From contig NC_042998.1 in NCBI RefSeq assembly GCF_006345805.1, positions 106,578,001 through 106,642,000 of the forward strand: a stretch of DNA of 64,000 nucleotides, read 5' to 3'. Origin of the DNA: Octopus sinensis. Taxonomy: Eukaryota. Positions 38,560-52,351 of this stretch are shown one piece after another. How positions within the stretch are numbered: the stretch's first letter is position 1; each line of letters begins with the position of its first letter. The notes under the pieces were generated by a model. The model was given only the letters and a program-made list of their open reading frames with translations. It was not told where the DNA came from and did no database searches. Made by a program: the position numbers and the translations under genes.

Positions 38560-39245
38560 TCATTTCATATGCCCATTACCAAGATGGGAACAAAGTGAAG
38601 ACAATTGACAGGGCGGACACTAATGTCTTTCAAGACAAGAGACCAAGAAGTCATGTTAACCCTGTAGAATACATTTGTTCTCAGCTGTGGTCACCATATA
38701 GCGCTAAACTAACAGCGGAATTTGAAGTGGTCCACTAAAAAGGTTATAACAGTGTAGCAGATGAACTACAGGGAGAAGCTAAAAAAATTACGACTTTACG
38801 ACTTTATTCCATGGAGCGAAGATGCAACAGGTACGTAATAATCCACTTATGGAAAATTCTGGAAAGGCTAGTACCCAATTTCAGCATCAAGTCTTATACA
38901 AATGCCTGAACAGGACACCATTGCATTGTACAAAAGGTACTGAACCATCCATCCCAACTAAAGTCAGCACCAGTTGTTGCCATAAGTTAGGGTTCAAAGG
39001 TCCACAGCTCTTCAGTGCCCCGAAAAAAAACCCTAAAAAGATGAAGAACCCTGCACAACATGGACATGGATGTCTTTGAAAACAAACTGGACATTCTCCT
39101 ATCCACGAAACAGGAGGAACCAACAGCCTGGCATAAGTTACACATGAGGGCAGCAGTGTCAAATTCCCTCATACACCAAATAGGCCAACAACCAAAAGCA
39201 AAAGCATATGCAGGAGTGGTGATACAAAATCTACCACCCTGAAGA
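38560..39245 (+). mobile_element. CR1-clade LINE C-terminal relic
   Basis: CSQLWSPY, LRLYSMERRCNRYVIIHLWKILERLVPNF, GPQLF, VFENKLDILL..RAAVSNSLIHQ. Confidence 0.8.
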
Positions 39246-39424
39246 AACAAGCCAAAGAAGAATGATATATAAAAGTACAAAATCATGGAGGTGCTTCAGC
39301 ATAGCTGCTGCCTCTTGGTTGAAGAAAATAAAAGAATAAAAGAATGTATGGTCTAACTGATGCACACATCTCTGATGAAATGCATTAAAGTTCGAAAACT
39401 GATCAAAACTTATCATCATTTTAT

Positions 39425-39610
39425 AGGCGCAGGCTTGGTTGCATGGCAAAAAGCTTGCCTCTCAACTACATGGTCCTGGGTTAGTCTCACTGCGAAGCAC
39501 TTTAGGCAAGTTTTTTTTCCTATAGCCTCAGGCCAACCAAAGCCTTGTGAGTCGATTTGGTAGACAGAAACTGAAAGAAACCCGTCGTGTGTGTGTATGT
39601 GTGTGTGTGT
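39425..39610 (+). mobile_element. SINE family A, 5' half
   Basis: aggcgcagg...ccaaagccttgtgagtcgatttggtagacagaaactgaaagaaacccgtcg. Confidence 0.75.
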
Positions 39611-39818
39611 CTACAAAAATGGTTTCAAAGGGATATATAATCCTGGTGGTTACCGTGTTTCCTCTTAAATTGGATTTAAATACTGGCTAAGCACAGTGAG
39701 TGTTGGCGATACCCGATTCAGTAATAAGTTACTTGACTCACTTAATTATTCACGCTTGGTAAATCCGGATGTCCTTTTCGGGACTGCATAGTTTCCGTAG
39801 ACTAAGTAATAGTATTAG

Positions 39819-40051
39819 TAATGGTCAGGAGAACGGAGATTTTCCATGGTTATAATTTTATTAAACAGTTATTTACAGCATTCTTTCGTGGACTTGTGCG
39901 CGTTTAAACTGCATTGACAATAACATCAAAATATGCACTTAACAGTGTGCAGTTAATGCAGCTGAAATGCACGCAAGTCTACGAAAGAATGCTGTAAATA
40001 CCTGTTTAATAAAATTATTGATGTGGAAAATCTCCGTTCTCCTGATCATTA
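39819..40051. repeat. Inverted repeat, ~98-bp arms
   Basis: taatggtcaggagaacggagattttcca...aaactgcattga versus ttaatgcagctg...tggaaaatctccgttctcctgatcatta. Confidence 0.9.
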
Positions 40052-40223
40052 ATTATGTTTGTATGTATGTATGCATACTACATTAAAAGTCAGCTTGAAT
40101 CTTGCTTGCTTGCTTGCAATGTTACCCAGCCAAATTGGTGTATAATGGGAAAATACTATGAATTAATACGTTTATATATTTGTTGTGCAAGATTTTTTAT
40201 GTGAAGTCGTGTGTTGAAACAGA

Positions 40224-40669
40224 TATTATATTTTGGAATGGTCATTTTGCCAGTTTAGCCAATAAAAACACACGCACTATATATTTGGTGTTACTTTGCT
40301 TCAGTGTTATTTTTTTTTTACATTAAACTTAATCTTATTTCGGCCAGAGTTCTTTCGTCACACCCCTGTGACTGCATCAGTGGTCCTTTGTTTTCTTCTT
40401 TCTTATTTGTGTCCCTCCCTACTAACCGTCATCCATTTTGTATTTCTCAATACAAAATGGCTGACGGTTAGTAAGGAGGGACACAAATAAGAAAGAAGAA
40501 AACAAAGGACCACTGATGCAGTCACAGGGGTGTGACGAAAGAACTCTGGCCGAAATAAGATTAAGTTTAATGTAAAAAATAAATAACCCTGAAGCAAAGT
40601 AACACCAAATATATAGTGCATGTGTTTTTATTGGCTAAACTGGCAAAATGACCATTCCAAAATATAATA
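40224..40669. repeat. Near-perfect palindrome, ~221-bp arms, 4-nt loop
   Basis: Centre cattttgtatt-tctc-aatacaaaatg at 40445-40448; only a handful of mismatches. The twin ORFs 40296+ and 40403- reflect it. Confidence 0.97.
40507..40551 (+). ncRNA. Type-I hammerhead-like motif (mirror copy on minus strand at 40342-40386)
   Basis: ggacca CTGATGC a gtcac aggggt gtgac GAAA g aa c TC tggcc; the core deviates at position 9. Confidence 0.55.
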
Positions 40670-41224
40670 AACTATGAATTAAGTTTCCCTTGAAATGTAA
40701 ATACAAACGGAATAAAACAAATTTCGCGCAAATCAGACAAGTGGTTGTGGAGACATTAGGGGTTTTCAGGGTATAAATAACCAAAATGATGCATAATGGG
40801 AAAATATTCTGGAAATAATTCAATCCTAAAAGGAAGAAACTCTTACCTTTTGATTAGACACCGTGACTTGACAACGAACAAATACTATTTGTTTTTTACA
40901 GTAAATGTTTCTATTTTTGCTTTTGTTAAACACAATATTTTAAGCATTTAGAAATATCTTAAGTGAATGTGATTTCAAAATTGTAAGTTGTTTGTACAGT
41001 AAGTATTTATATTTTAGCTTTCTGTAAACATACAATATTTCAATGTTTTTTCAAATTATTTTCACATGAATACCATTACAATTTTTTTTTTTGGCATATT
41101 TAAAATGTATTTTAAAGTGAAAATGGCTTTAAGAATACGGTAAATATTTTGCAAAAGACCTTGGTGTGAAATAATTTTTTTCCATGGGCTATTTTGAGTG
41201 CATTTAACGTTTCTCACCTCCAAT

Positions 41225-41337
41225 GATTTGGCTGCTATTTCCAGCAAGCCCTGCTACTACGGAACAGCTATTTGCGATAAAGGACCTGAAATACCTGATA
41301 CGTGGTAGCAGGGAGTGCAAGAAATAGCAGCCAAATC
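41225..41337. repeat. Short inverted-repeat element (~33-bp arms)
   Basis: gatttggctgctatttccagcaagccctgctac versus gtagcagggagtgcaagaaatagcagccaaatc. Confidence 0.8.
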
Positions 41338-41496
41338 TTTCCGTTTCTGGGGAATGGAGCCGTTTACGCGTGAATTCAATGTCACCTTTGTTGAAAGCAT
41401 GCGAAATAACCTGGAAAAGAAAAAAAACACGTAACAAAACTCCATTGCTGGGAAACTTAGACTTTTCCAGTGGCCCAATAGGTCACGGGTAGTCTT

Positions 41497-41733
41497 GTGT
41501 ATGTATGTATGTATGTATGTATGTATGTATGTATGTATGTATGTGTATGTATGTATGTATGAATGCATGCATGTATGTATCTATGTATGTATCTATGTAT
41601 GAATGCATGCATGTATGTATCTATGTATGTATCTATGTATGAATGCATGTATGTATGTATGTATGTATGTATGTATGTATGTATGTATGTATGTATGTAT
41701 GTATGTATGTATGTATGTTTGTATGTATGTATG

Positions 41734-41764
<31 letters not shown>

Positions 41765-41805
41765 GCATGTATATATATATATGTATGTAAGTATGTATGT
41801 ATGTA
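41497..41805. repeat. (TATG)n microsatellite
   Basis: Direct reading; similar tracts near 5870, 57480 and 62365. Confidence 0.95.
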
Positions 41806-42174
41806 AAACTCACATTCGATCACAGCACCAATAACAGTTAAGCTTCATGCAATGGCATACTCAATAACGAGGGGGCAGCCATCATGTATGTATGTATGTA
41901 TGTATGTACGTGTCTTTCTGTTTTTAGGTTCTCTTGACATACTTCTTGACATTTTTTGTTCTACTGGCTTCTCTGTTCAGTTTAACTCAACACTGTGGTG
42001 GAGTTGACTTGGAAATTCCAAACGACAATGTAACCTCCATTTCATTAAGGTAATATCAGTCTGACGATTAGCTACGCTAAGCTTATCTTATTGTTTAACT
42101 ATTATATCGAGAGATTCAATTAGTTAGGAAACTCATGTAGCGTACAATTTACCCGTCCCACTCCCTCAATTTGG

Positions 42175-42175
<1 letters not shown>

Positions 42176-42244
<69 letters not shown>
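42176..42244. repeat. Perfect (GT)n microsatellite
   Basis: Direct reading. Confidence 0.95.
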
Positions 42245-42247
<3 letters not shown>

Positions 42248-45200
42248 AAACAAAATTTCATCAAATATTTACGTTAGTCCCTTAAAGTAGAACGTTTTAT
42301 CAGGATGATGTAAATTTTTTTTCCTTTAAAAGATGTGATTTTGCATATATTACTCTTCCCTTTAGTTGTACAACTTGTTCTGCGGCGTGTTTCGTTTCTA
42401 GAAAGGAATGATTTTACTCTTAATCACGCGCGCGCGCGCATACACACATAACGCGTATGATTTTAAGATTCTTTCTTTCTCCACTGACGCTTGTGCATGT
42501 ATTATATGGATCTCGAAGTCTGAAGTATCATGTATACTGTTATTCATTTTAATATCTGCACACTTAGATTATATCATTTGCTGTATATTTAGACGTTTAA
42601 CTGTACACATACGCACGTACTTACATATCTAATTAATGTGTACGTATGTATGTTATATGTGCAAATACGTATTTGTGTGTGTGTGTGTGCGTGCGTGTGT
42701 GCGTGTGCGTGTGTGTGCGTGTGTGTGCATGAAAGTAGAGAGAAAGTGAGTAACTTGACATACACAAACCTCTTAAGAAATCTAAATTCATCTAATCGTA
42801 GTATTTATTCACAGACAAGCTGTACAAAAATTAGAAATTGTTTAGGATTATACCAAGCGATTATATGAGATGAATGAATGGGACGTATGGATTTTAAATA
42901 CACACACGCATAGATAGATAGGTAGATAGAGAGAGAGAGAGAGAGAGGAGGGCAGACAGACAGACAGACAAGTGAGAGATGCTTGAGTGTACGAACAACA
43001 GAAAAAGTACTCAAAACTACTGATGAGTATTTATTCGATCACATAATTTACCCCGAGTTGCTCAATGATACAACAGAATTTATTAGTAAGCTTTTATCAC
43101 GCCTTTGAAAATTGGATAAGAAAAAAAATCAAACAACCTTCACCAATTGTGTTTATTAATATCATTTCTTTCAAAAGCTAGACTCTCTCTTCTGATTTTT
43201 TTTTTTTTTTTTTTTCTGAATGTTTCACTCTTTATCAACTGGTTTCTCTTTATATACTGACCATCTCACTCTCTTTCTCCCCAACTTCCTAACCTCTTTT
43301 GCGGTCTTTAAACTGACTCGCTCTGGTGTACAATAGGCGCGCGCGCGCAAGGCTGCCGATATGTCTGCGCCTAATGCGTGTGTTTCGAAAATTAATAAAG
43401 TAGTTGCGATATTAGTAATAATAGTACAACTAACTTTCAGTGGAAGTACTAGTAGTAAAAACAGTAGCAACAGCTCCAATATTAGTGAAAGCAGCAGTAG
43501 TGGCGACAGCAGTTACTTCGGGTTAGAGGTTTTTATTTTGTAAGGATTGCAGTAAATAATCTTTAATAGATTTTCAGAAGACAGCCAGACGTCTTTCCAA
43601 GCAGCAAGCGAAACCGTACTACAAACTAAAGAGAGATAAAGACGAAGAAGCGGGAGAAAAATCTTTCTCTCTCATATCGTACAAATATAAATATAGTATT
43701 AAATGTTGCGCAAACTCGCTATCTTCAAGACAGCGTCACAGGTAGTGATATTGATTTTGTTGGGTTTGTTTTTGCTTTTTTTATGATTATGTAGTGCACA
43801 TTGTTGTCGATATACGCTTATGAACACATATCACTTTTTGTTGGTTCGCAAGTTTCCCTCAAACAGGATCGAATGTAGGTTGATTTTTTACCACCAAATG
43901 CTTCAGAATGTAGAAGCTGTTTGAAGCGTAGCCTCTCCTACAGAACCCATTTCTGTTATCCAATAAGTCGATCTAGTTTTACTGTTTCCTAGTATTTGGT
44001 GTAATAGTGGAAATGTCTTCCGTGGTAAGCTAATTGTTTCTTCGAATACCAAATCTAGGAACTGCTAGTTTTCGGGAATAATCGTTCAAACAGTAACCAA
44101 GTATTTTTTTATATTATCCTAAAACAGAGCAACAAACTTGTGCTGTTACATCATTTCATAAACTGATCGAATTGTGTCTAAGTCAACTTTATTAAGTATT
44201 TGCATCTTCCAATCCGATTGGTATGATATATCATAAATACATTTAAGTAAACCCAGGCTCCTGATTTTCAGAACAAATTATATTAGAAACTAATCAATGA
44301 AACATCTAACGATATATTTTATAAGTATACGCAACAACATAATTGTCTTCTCTGTGCTTATGACTTCTGAGTTTAGAACTGGGTTTAAGTCCAAATGTGA
44401 AATCTGAAGTTAATGTCTTTTGTATTAGTTAACGTTAAAAATTGTTTCAAGCCAGGAAAGTGGATCGGAAGTAGATGATAGTACCATTTGTTCAATGTCA
44501 CAATACACATAGAATTTAAAATGTTTTTGTACGACGTTGTGTGAAGCCTTTACAGGAAAAACAGCCTATGGCTTACTGGGAAAGTCCGAATGTTGTATGT
44601 GAATGTTCCATGTCTATATAATATATTAAATATGTTCTTTTACTTGAAAGTTGTTAAGGTCTATTTCTTTTGTTGTTGCACACAGGCTAACCGTTTTACA
44701 CACACACTCGCGCGCACACACACACACATGCAATATAATATAATATATAATATGATAATATATACGAATTCGTCTATGTAACTAATTCGATCGAAGATAG
44801 AAAAATGGGTAATGGGTGTATATGTATATATCAGGAGATATTGCCCCTTGTTCAACACCACATCCAACCAGTTAATCAATCATGAGCACATTGCATAAAT
44901 ACAAGTACACAAACTTACATGCATGCTCACATATCACACTAGAATAAATCTCTTCACCACGACTTTCTATCAACCCAAACTTTCTTTCTACCCTCCGCTA
45001 TCCCCCTAATCCCTACTAAATTACTACTTCCTCCTGTCTACCAAAACCACATCGAGTTATCATTCACATTGGTCCACCTACCAAAAATAACGTGACAAAA
45101 TTCATATAAAACCCCAAAAGAATCAAACTAAAGCAGTCTGATGGAGGAGATCAAGCCAAAATTTTAAAGCCAAATTTTTAAGATAGGTCGACCTCTATCT

Positions 45201-45714
45201 TGTTGAATTGATAAATATGTACTCTACTAAAACCTATCAAATAGTCCTTCGGTGGTTAAATTGTTTTTATTTACAATTTGCCACTAAAATAAAACATAGC
45301 TAGCTCGCTAGATAGATAAATAAATGAATGTATCAAGAAGATGAAGGTGATTGTCTTTTCTGTACACGTGAAGGTTGATCCAAGTTCTTTAATTAATAAG
45401 AAATATGAAATTATTATTAATTGTGAACATTTTTCTCTTTAATTAACTCTGATTAACCCAAACGTAAAACACAAATAATATTAATATTCATCAAATGAAA
45501 TATAATTTGGAAAATAATAATAAGAAGAAGAAGAATATCCAAGTTTTTTAATTAATAAGAAATATGAAATCTGTTATTAATTGCCAACGTATTTTTTAAT
45601 TTTTTTCAAATTATCGCAAAATATTTCCATTCATTACGTGAAATGTAATACTTTAGTTAAGAATAGTACTATTAAGGAGAATAACGCATTATGTACTAAA
45701 AATAGTATTTAATA

Positions 45715-46980
45715 CGAGAGTAAATCAAAAATTATCTGAACTGTCACCGAAACGTTCTTTAGGTTGACCGCACTACTTTCAACGGTTGCATGCTAAATGG
45801 TGGTTAAGTAACCGGGGTTTGAGCTACCGAGGTTTGACCTTGATTGCTCCAGTTTTCTTTCTTGTGTTACAGAGCAAATATGACCGCTCCGCTGGCAGTG
45901 TGCACCAAGGAAAAACAGAGGTTAGTGATCCGATTTCTCTGGTCTGAATGTGTCTCAGAGGCTGAAATTTATCGCAAGCTGCTTTTAATACAATGTGGGA
46001 ACAGAGCACTACCGCGTAAAACTGTGTCTGAGTGGATCGAGAAGTTTTAAAATGGCTGCACAAACGTGAAGCATGAGGAGGAGGCAGGACGCCCAGCAAC
46101 GTCGACCGCAGGCATGAAGATTTAAAAAGCTCGAGAGATGGTTCTGACGAACCAACGACTGATCTTCGATGAGGTGGCATCTCTGCAAATTAGTCATGGT
46201 TTTGCATACGAAGCCATCCAGATGTTTGCTTCCGTATAGTTGTGCGAGATGGATGCCAAGAGAGTTTACCGAAGCACATAAGCGCAATCATGTGGAGATC
46301 TGTCAACTCTTACTAGCTCGCTACAACAATAAAGGCAAAGCTTTTCTGGAGAAATAGTCACAAGAGAAGGGACCTGAGTCTTTGAACCAGAATCCAAAAG
46401 GCAGTCTATAGAGTGAAAACACACGGAATCGCCTGAGAAAAAGAAGTTCAAGACTCAACCTTCCGCCGAAAAAAATATGCTAGCCGTTTCTAGGAACGCA
46501 AAAGGGTATATACTGGAACATAAATTGCAAAAAAGGTCTATAGTCACCAGTATAAGCAACAATGGAATGCTGGCCAACAAACTGAAACCAGCAACTCGCA
46601 CCAAACGCCGAGGTCTATTGTCAACGCAAGTGTTATTGTTGCAGGACAATGCACGCACACATTGTTGAAACCATTGAAAAATTGGGTTTTCGAGTTGCTA
46701 GAATACTCTGCAAGCAGTCCAGGTCTCATCCCTTCCGACTATTATCTCTTTGGCCTGCTCAAACAGCCTTTACGAGTATGTCGATTTGCGATAGACGAAG
46801 AAACGTAGGAAGCGATGCATAAAAGGCTGCGCAATCAGTCGAAAAACTTCTTCGATGGAATAAACAAGCAAGTGGGCTGCTGGAAGAAGTGCTTCGAAAA
46901 ATGATGAAATTATTCAACCCCGCCTTCTGTTTTAATAAATTACAGATACAAGAGTGCATATAATTTGTGACTTATCCTCG
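45715..46980 (+). mobile_element. Mariner (DD34D) transposon, near full length, decayed
   Basis: TIRs cgagagtaaatcaaaaattat / cgaggataagtcacaaattat with TA flanks; MTAPLAVCTKEKQRLVIRFL, RWMPR, LLLQDNARTH, SPGLIPSDYYLF. Confidence 0.9.
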
Positions 46981-47699
46981 TAGTATGATTCTTTAGTATT
47001 AAAAAGTACTAAAAATAGTACTATTAAGAACTACAACACAATTCTGTTATCTGTCTATATATAAATTTTCTGTACACACACACACACACACATGCATTTG
47101 CCTGGCAAGTACACCCCCCCCCCAAATCCTAGAAATAACTAGGCTTTTTTCAAAGAAAGACCAAAAGAAACTGACACGCATTTTCAAAATCCAATCTATT
47201 GGTGGCACAGTAAAGATTCGTAAGACATTCCAAAAATTCTCCATTTGTGATTCTTTAGATGAATAGATGCACAAACTTGGGTGTGTATATCGACAGCTCA
47301 AACAACGAACCGACTTAACCACATATTTACAAAGTTCCTATTTGGTAATGTTGTATCTTTAGGTATCGCAGAACAAGATTTAGGCAAGTTTGGGATTAAT
47401 AAAAATTAGCACTAGTATGTTAGCATAAAGGAAGAATAATCAAAACAGTTCCTGCTTCTAAATTTACTTGCTTACATGTAAATATGGACCGTAACCACAA
47501 GCACGAAAAAATGCATGATTTCTCTGCGACAATAGCGTGTATTATTAAGCGAGATTGAGTTTTGGAAGGCTTTGATTAAAATTTGCAAATACGCGTAGTA
47601 AAATATCAAAGAAAAGAATCATAATTGTAAAACTTTATTATCCGATCGGTCAGAATCCATCGAAATTATTTTGTGCATTCTCATTTCATGAAGTAAATT

Positions 47700-49400
47700 C
47701 TGCAGAATTTGAATTATTCGGTCCGTCCATTCTTTGTGGTATGAAAATATAGTCAGAGAATATAATCTTTCTTGTGTTATTCTTCAGCAAAGGCATGTCT
47801 TTTATCGTTTTACCTCAGAAAATGTTCGTTCAACCGTAACAGATGTTGCAGGAATTACTAGTAAAAGTTGGCATATTGCACAAATCTCATCGTCTGTTTC
47901 ATTTTTTATTTCTTTTTATTTTATTCAGATAAATGGTCATTGTAATGTCATTCAAACAACAGAGGAATCTCTCATGGAAACTTCAAATGCCAGAAGTTGA
48001 GCTATCATAGAATTAATGTCATTGTCACCAGCATACCTTTCCCATAACAGAATTAATTCTGATAAGACGTTACTCTTTGTTGTTCGCCTTTAGGAGCTAT
48101 GTTTCTAGCCTGGAAATATTTTGTACTACTTCTGATTAAAGCATTTGTCTATGTAAGAGATTATTGTTTCTGTGGCTTCAAAATAATGGTTTCGAGTTGT
48201 CGGCAAAAATGTAACTTCCTCAATTGCCATTTCAATTTTTCTAGATGTCTTTCGTTTCTCTCATAATAAAGATGCCGAGACGATGCAGTTTGTCCTCGCC
48301 TCATGCTCAATATCATCATGGAAGATGTCAAATAAATCTTCCTAATATTTTTCAAAACTTGTTTCCTAACACGGTATCATAATTCTAATATGTTTTGCAT
48401 TTATTTCGCTGAATTTGAATCTAGTGAATCAACAGTTTTTATTTTATCAGTTATTATAAAAATGTGTTAACTATATTGAAATCTCAGTTTTACTGAAACC
48501 TGAAGTAAACATACTGAGAGAGGAAACGAAATAAGCCTCATTTTTGGCAAGCACGATGACAGCTTTTCGAATATGTTTCGGCCTTATCACATCTCATCTG
48601 CGAAGCATAGTCTTTACTATGACTACCAAATTTGCGGTAAAGTAATACTATATCTCTGCAAAGCAACTCACATAAATTTGCAGTGCAATATTACATAAAG
48701 ACGGCTTAAATTATTCAGGGACGTGATGCACATGAAATATAATTAGAAAAGTAGGCGCTAATACCTTTAATACGCAGAGAAAGAGTAGTTTGAAGCAACG
48801 TTTTAAGTTGGTCTTTTAAATTTCACTTGATCTAATTATGTATCACCAGATCATTCTCGGCATGATAGAGTTGAATTTACAACCAGAATACACTTCATCA
48901 CAGAAAGGTCGTTCACTTGTAATATTCATTTAAATATGTTATTTCAATATTGACAGTTACCTTCCATTTAAATTGGGTCTCTTTAACACTACCATTGACA
49001 GTAGTTAGTGGAAATTTTTTTGAAAGATTTTTACACTACTAACATTTGTATTCGTGAATGATCATCGATTTTTTCCTTATCCATTTATACCCCTACCAAA
49101 TTGCCCCTCTGTTGTTCAATAATGACAATAATTTGCTAATAAGAATGTCTTCAATTCTTCACTAAATTCTTTTATTATTTCCTTGATGAATTTACAATGT
49201 CTTGAATAAATATTCTAAGTCAGTACATCTACTTTTAAACATCGAATTTTGATGATCAATTTGGCCTTTGGTTGTTTGACGCATGGGAAGCCGTGCTTTT
49301 TGGTGATAGTTTCGTCGATGCTACTACCATCAAGAGTTAAGCATTTTTAGTTCTTCCATGTTAAAAATTTTGATGGGATCGACTTTGTCTTCTATAGCTG
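47700..49400 (-). mobile_element. Ancient hAT transposase relic
   Basis: Minus translation near 47890-47715: CQLLLVIPATSVTVERTFSEVKR*KTCLC*RITQERLYSLTIFSYHKEWTD (hAT C-terminal dimerisation domain). Upstream are degenerate YISCAS-SLN, CRE*SGD..NVASN and R*(W) motifs. The outer boundary is uncertain. Confidence 0.75.
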
Positions 49401-50837
49401 TAGAAGTAAATTCAGTAATAAGTACTGAAATATGTACTGAAATAAATTCTAGTGATATATTAGAATCAGTTCTATAGACAAAGCCTCATGTTGTGGGATT
49501 GCTGGTTGCTAGTGTCGAGGTAGCTAATGATGATATATTGTGAACGTTTGAGTCGCCATTGTCGCCATGTTATAGAGTGCTCGTTGATGCTGTACTGTAG
49601 CGATGTATTGGCTGTGTGAATAATAACTGAAGAATATTCACGAACCTTTAACTTTAATATTTATTGCCGGACATATTTTGCGTCGGTTGTTTACAATGAA
49701 AGATGTTAGTAATACAATTGCCGACTGGGAGGAGAGAAAATTGCGTTGTGCCCGTAGAAAGCCGCTTATGAGATATCGTGTGAATGTTCAGAATCGGTCT
49801 ATCCGAGTCCCCGAAGTCGTCTGCACAAAAGTCCCCCAAACCGGCTATTCGAATGCCCGAGGTCGTCTGCCTGGTGAGTTAGGTGCCAAAAGGTTTGAAA
49901 AGTGGGTAAATTCTAGGACATCCGAAAAGCCGTATCATACTACAGTTTCACGTCGATTGGTCGATTTATAGATCAATCACGTGAAACCATGGTGGTTTAT
50001 TCGTGATGCCTAAATGAATATCTGATGTTTGGGGTTCGAATCTCCACACTCATTTTACAAAGAGTTAATATTTTTAAGTGTTAAAAGAAGTCAACCCTTA
50101 TGCTCATGGCTTGTTAATAATGTGATATCAATAAAAAGAAAATATTTTGAGTAGAAATCGAATCATTGCCTTCCCATAATGTAGGGAGTTTCTTTTTGCA
50201 GTAGTTCGATTTTAACACTATTTTGAAAGATGTATTAGGAAAGAATATGCTATTCAGAGGATTGTGTTCGTATAGGAGAGAGAATTATGAGAACTAGTTT
50301 TTGTTTCGGCTTCGTAACATAAAGTATGCGAAAAAAATTGGACGTCGTTCCATGGCAGATAACATTTCAAATGAAACGCTATCTATTCCTGTCATTTCAA
50401 ACAGAAACACACTGAAACACTTCCAGCAGATTTGAATTACAAATCCTAAGCAGATAATGCATTTAACTTCTTCTAATAACTATAATTTAATTTCTACAAA
50501 CAATTAATGTATAGCTAATAGTCTTCCATCGATTAATGAGATCATTTGTTACTTTGTTATATGTTGATCGTTGTATGATATTCTTACAAGAAACTGTTTG
50601 AGAAACCCCGCTATGCAATATAAATTCAATTGATTAACTAGAATGCCACGTAACATGATGTCGTCAGTTGCCATCGATGTTTGCTACATAAATAAATGGA
50701 GATGACTGGCAGAATCCCGTAACGTAGCGAACATGCAGTGTTAAGTTATGCCTCCTTATGTTCCGAGTTCATATTCCATCGAGTCCATTTTGTTATACAT
50801 TTTTCCTTCCTCGCATGAAAATAGTCTATTCCATTTG

Positions 50838-51050
50838 TAGGCGAACTGACAGAATCGTTAGCACACCGGGTGAAATGCTTAGCGGCATTTCATCCATTTT
50901 CTCATTCTGAGTTTAAATTTCCCCGAAGTCTACTTCGTTTTTCAACCTTTCGGAGTCAATAAAATAAGTACCAGTTAAGTACTGGGATCGATGTAATCGA
51001 CTCACACCTCACTCGAACTTGCTGGCCTTGTGCCAAAACTTGAAATCTAT
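50838..51050 (+). mobile_element. SINE family D
   Basis: aggcgaactgacagaatcgttagcacaccgggtgaaatgcttagcgg...aagtaccagttaagtactgggatcgatgtaatcgac. Confidence 0.8.
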
Positions 51051-51094
51051 ATCTGATACTTACCGACGTAGACCATCAATACTTTCGTCGAATT

Positions 51095-51304
51095 CTCTCT
51101 TTACTCTTTTACTTGTTTCAGTCATTTGACTGCGGCCATGCTGGAGCACCACCTTTAGTCGAGCAAATCGCCCCCGGGACTTATTCTTTGTAAGCCCAGT
51201 ACTTATTCTATCGGTCTCTTTTGCCGAACCGCTAAGTGACGGGGACGTAAACACACCAGCATCGGTTGTTAAGCAATGCTAGGGGGACAAACACAGACAC
51301 ACAA

Positions 51305-51341
<37 letters not shown>

Positions 51342-52300
51342 TATGCACACACATACATACACACATACATTCATCGGACACACTGCCACCCGGACATACA
51401 CACAGACACACTCACACATCCACACACATACATACTTACGCACATACTCGCAGGCTCGCGCACGCACGCGCTTGCGCCGGTTCGCGTACGCATACACTCC
51501 GCAGGCACCTCGCTCTTGGAACCGACAAGACCTCCCGCCCGTTCCTGGGACCGTCGCGTGTCGTTGGGTTTTCCCACGCCCGCCTCCGCGGACCACTCTT
51601 CCATCTTCCCCTCAGCTGGAGTCCTTTTTCCTTAACCCCCCCCCCCTTTTTCGTTACACACACGCGCACACATATACACACATTGCTTAAATATATACAT
51701 TACTCTTACACACATTCAATCTACTCGCCATTTATACCACCACGACACTGGACACACACACACACTACTACTCAACAAACGCTGGCACGCTACATACGCC
51801 CCCACCCCTTCCCCTCCCTCCCCTCCTCCTTCCTTCTTTTTCTTACTACTGACCTTTGTCTGCTAAGCTGACCAGTATCTCGCCCTACCTCACACGCCTA
51901 CACACAGACGCACACACTAACACACACATATATATTTTTTTGTTTTTTCATCTCGCCTCACACACACACATACACACACGCACACGCACACACTCACACA
52001 TACACACACATCTGTTGCGTTACCAACCTTGTCTCCACTCTTTTGCCTTTAAAAACCCACTTTGCACTGTTTTCGTAAACATCCGCCTTTCACCATGTGC
52101 AACTCGTAAACACCAGTCGTCTTTTTCTTTTTCCCTGTTGCCCGCTCTGGGATCTTTCTTTCCTCTCTCTTCCTTCTTTATGTTTCCGACGAAGAGCTCC
52201 GCTCGAAACGTCATACCTCCCTGCTTCCTTTCCTGAGCGCCTATTAATAATAATACTGTAATTGTTCCATTGTTGTTGTTTTTTGTTTCCCGTTTGGATT

Positions 52301-52351
<51 letters not shown>

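Noticed and set aside
45377-45585. ~45-bp AT-rich direct repeat about 160 bp apart
   Set aside because: Low complexity with no LTR hallmarks; probably a local duplication.
49678-49971. 97-aa basic ORF
   Set aside because: No recognisable domain, non-ATG start, probably the GC-rich flank of the hAT relic.
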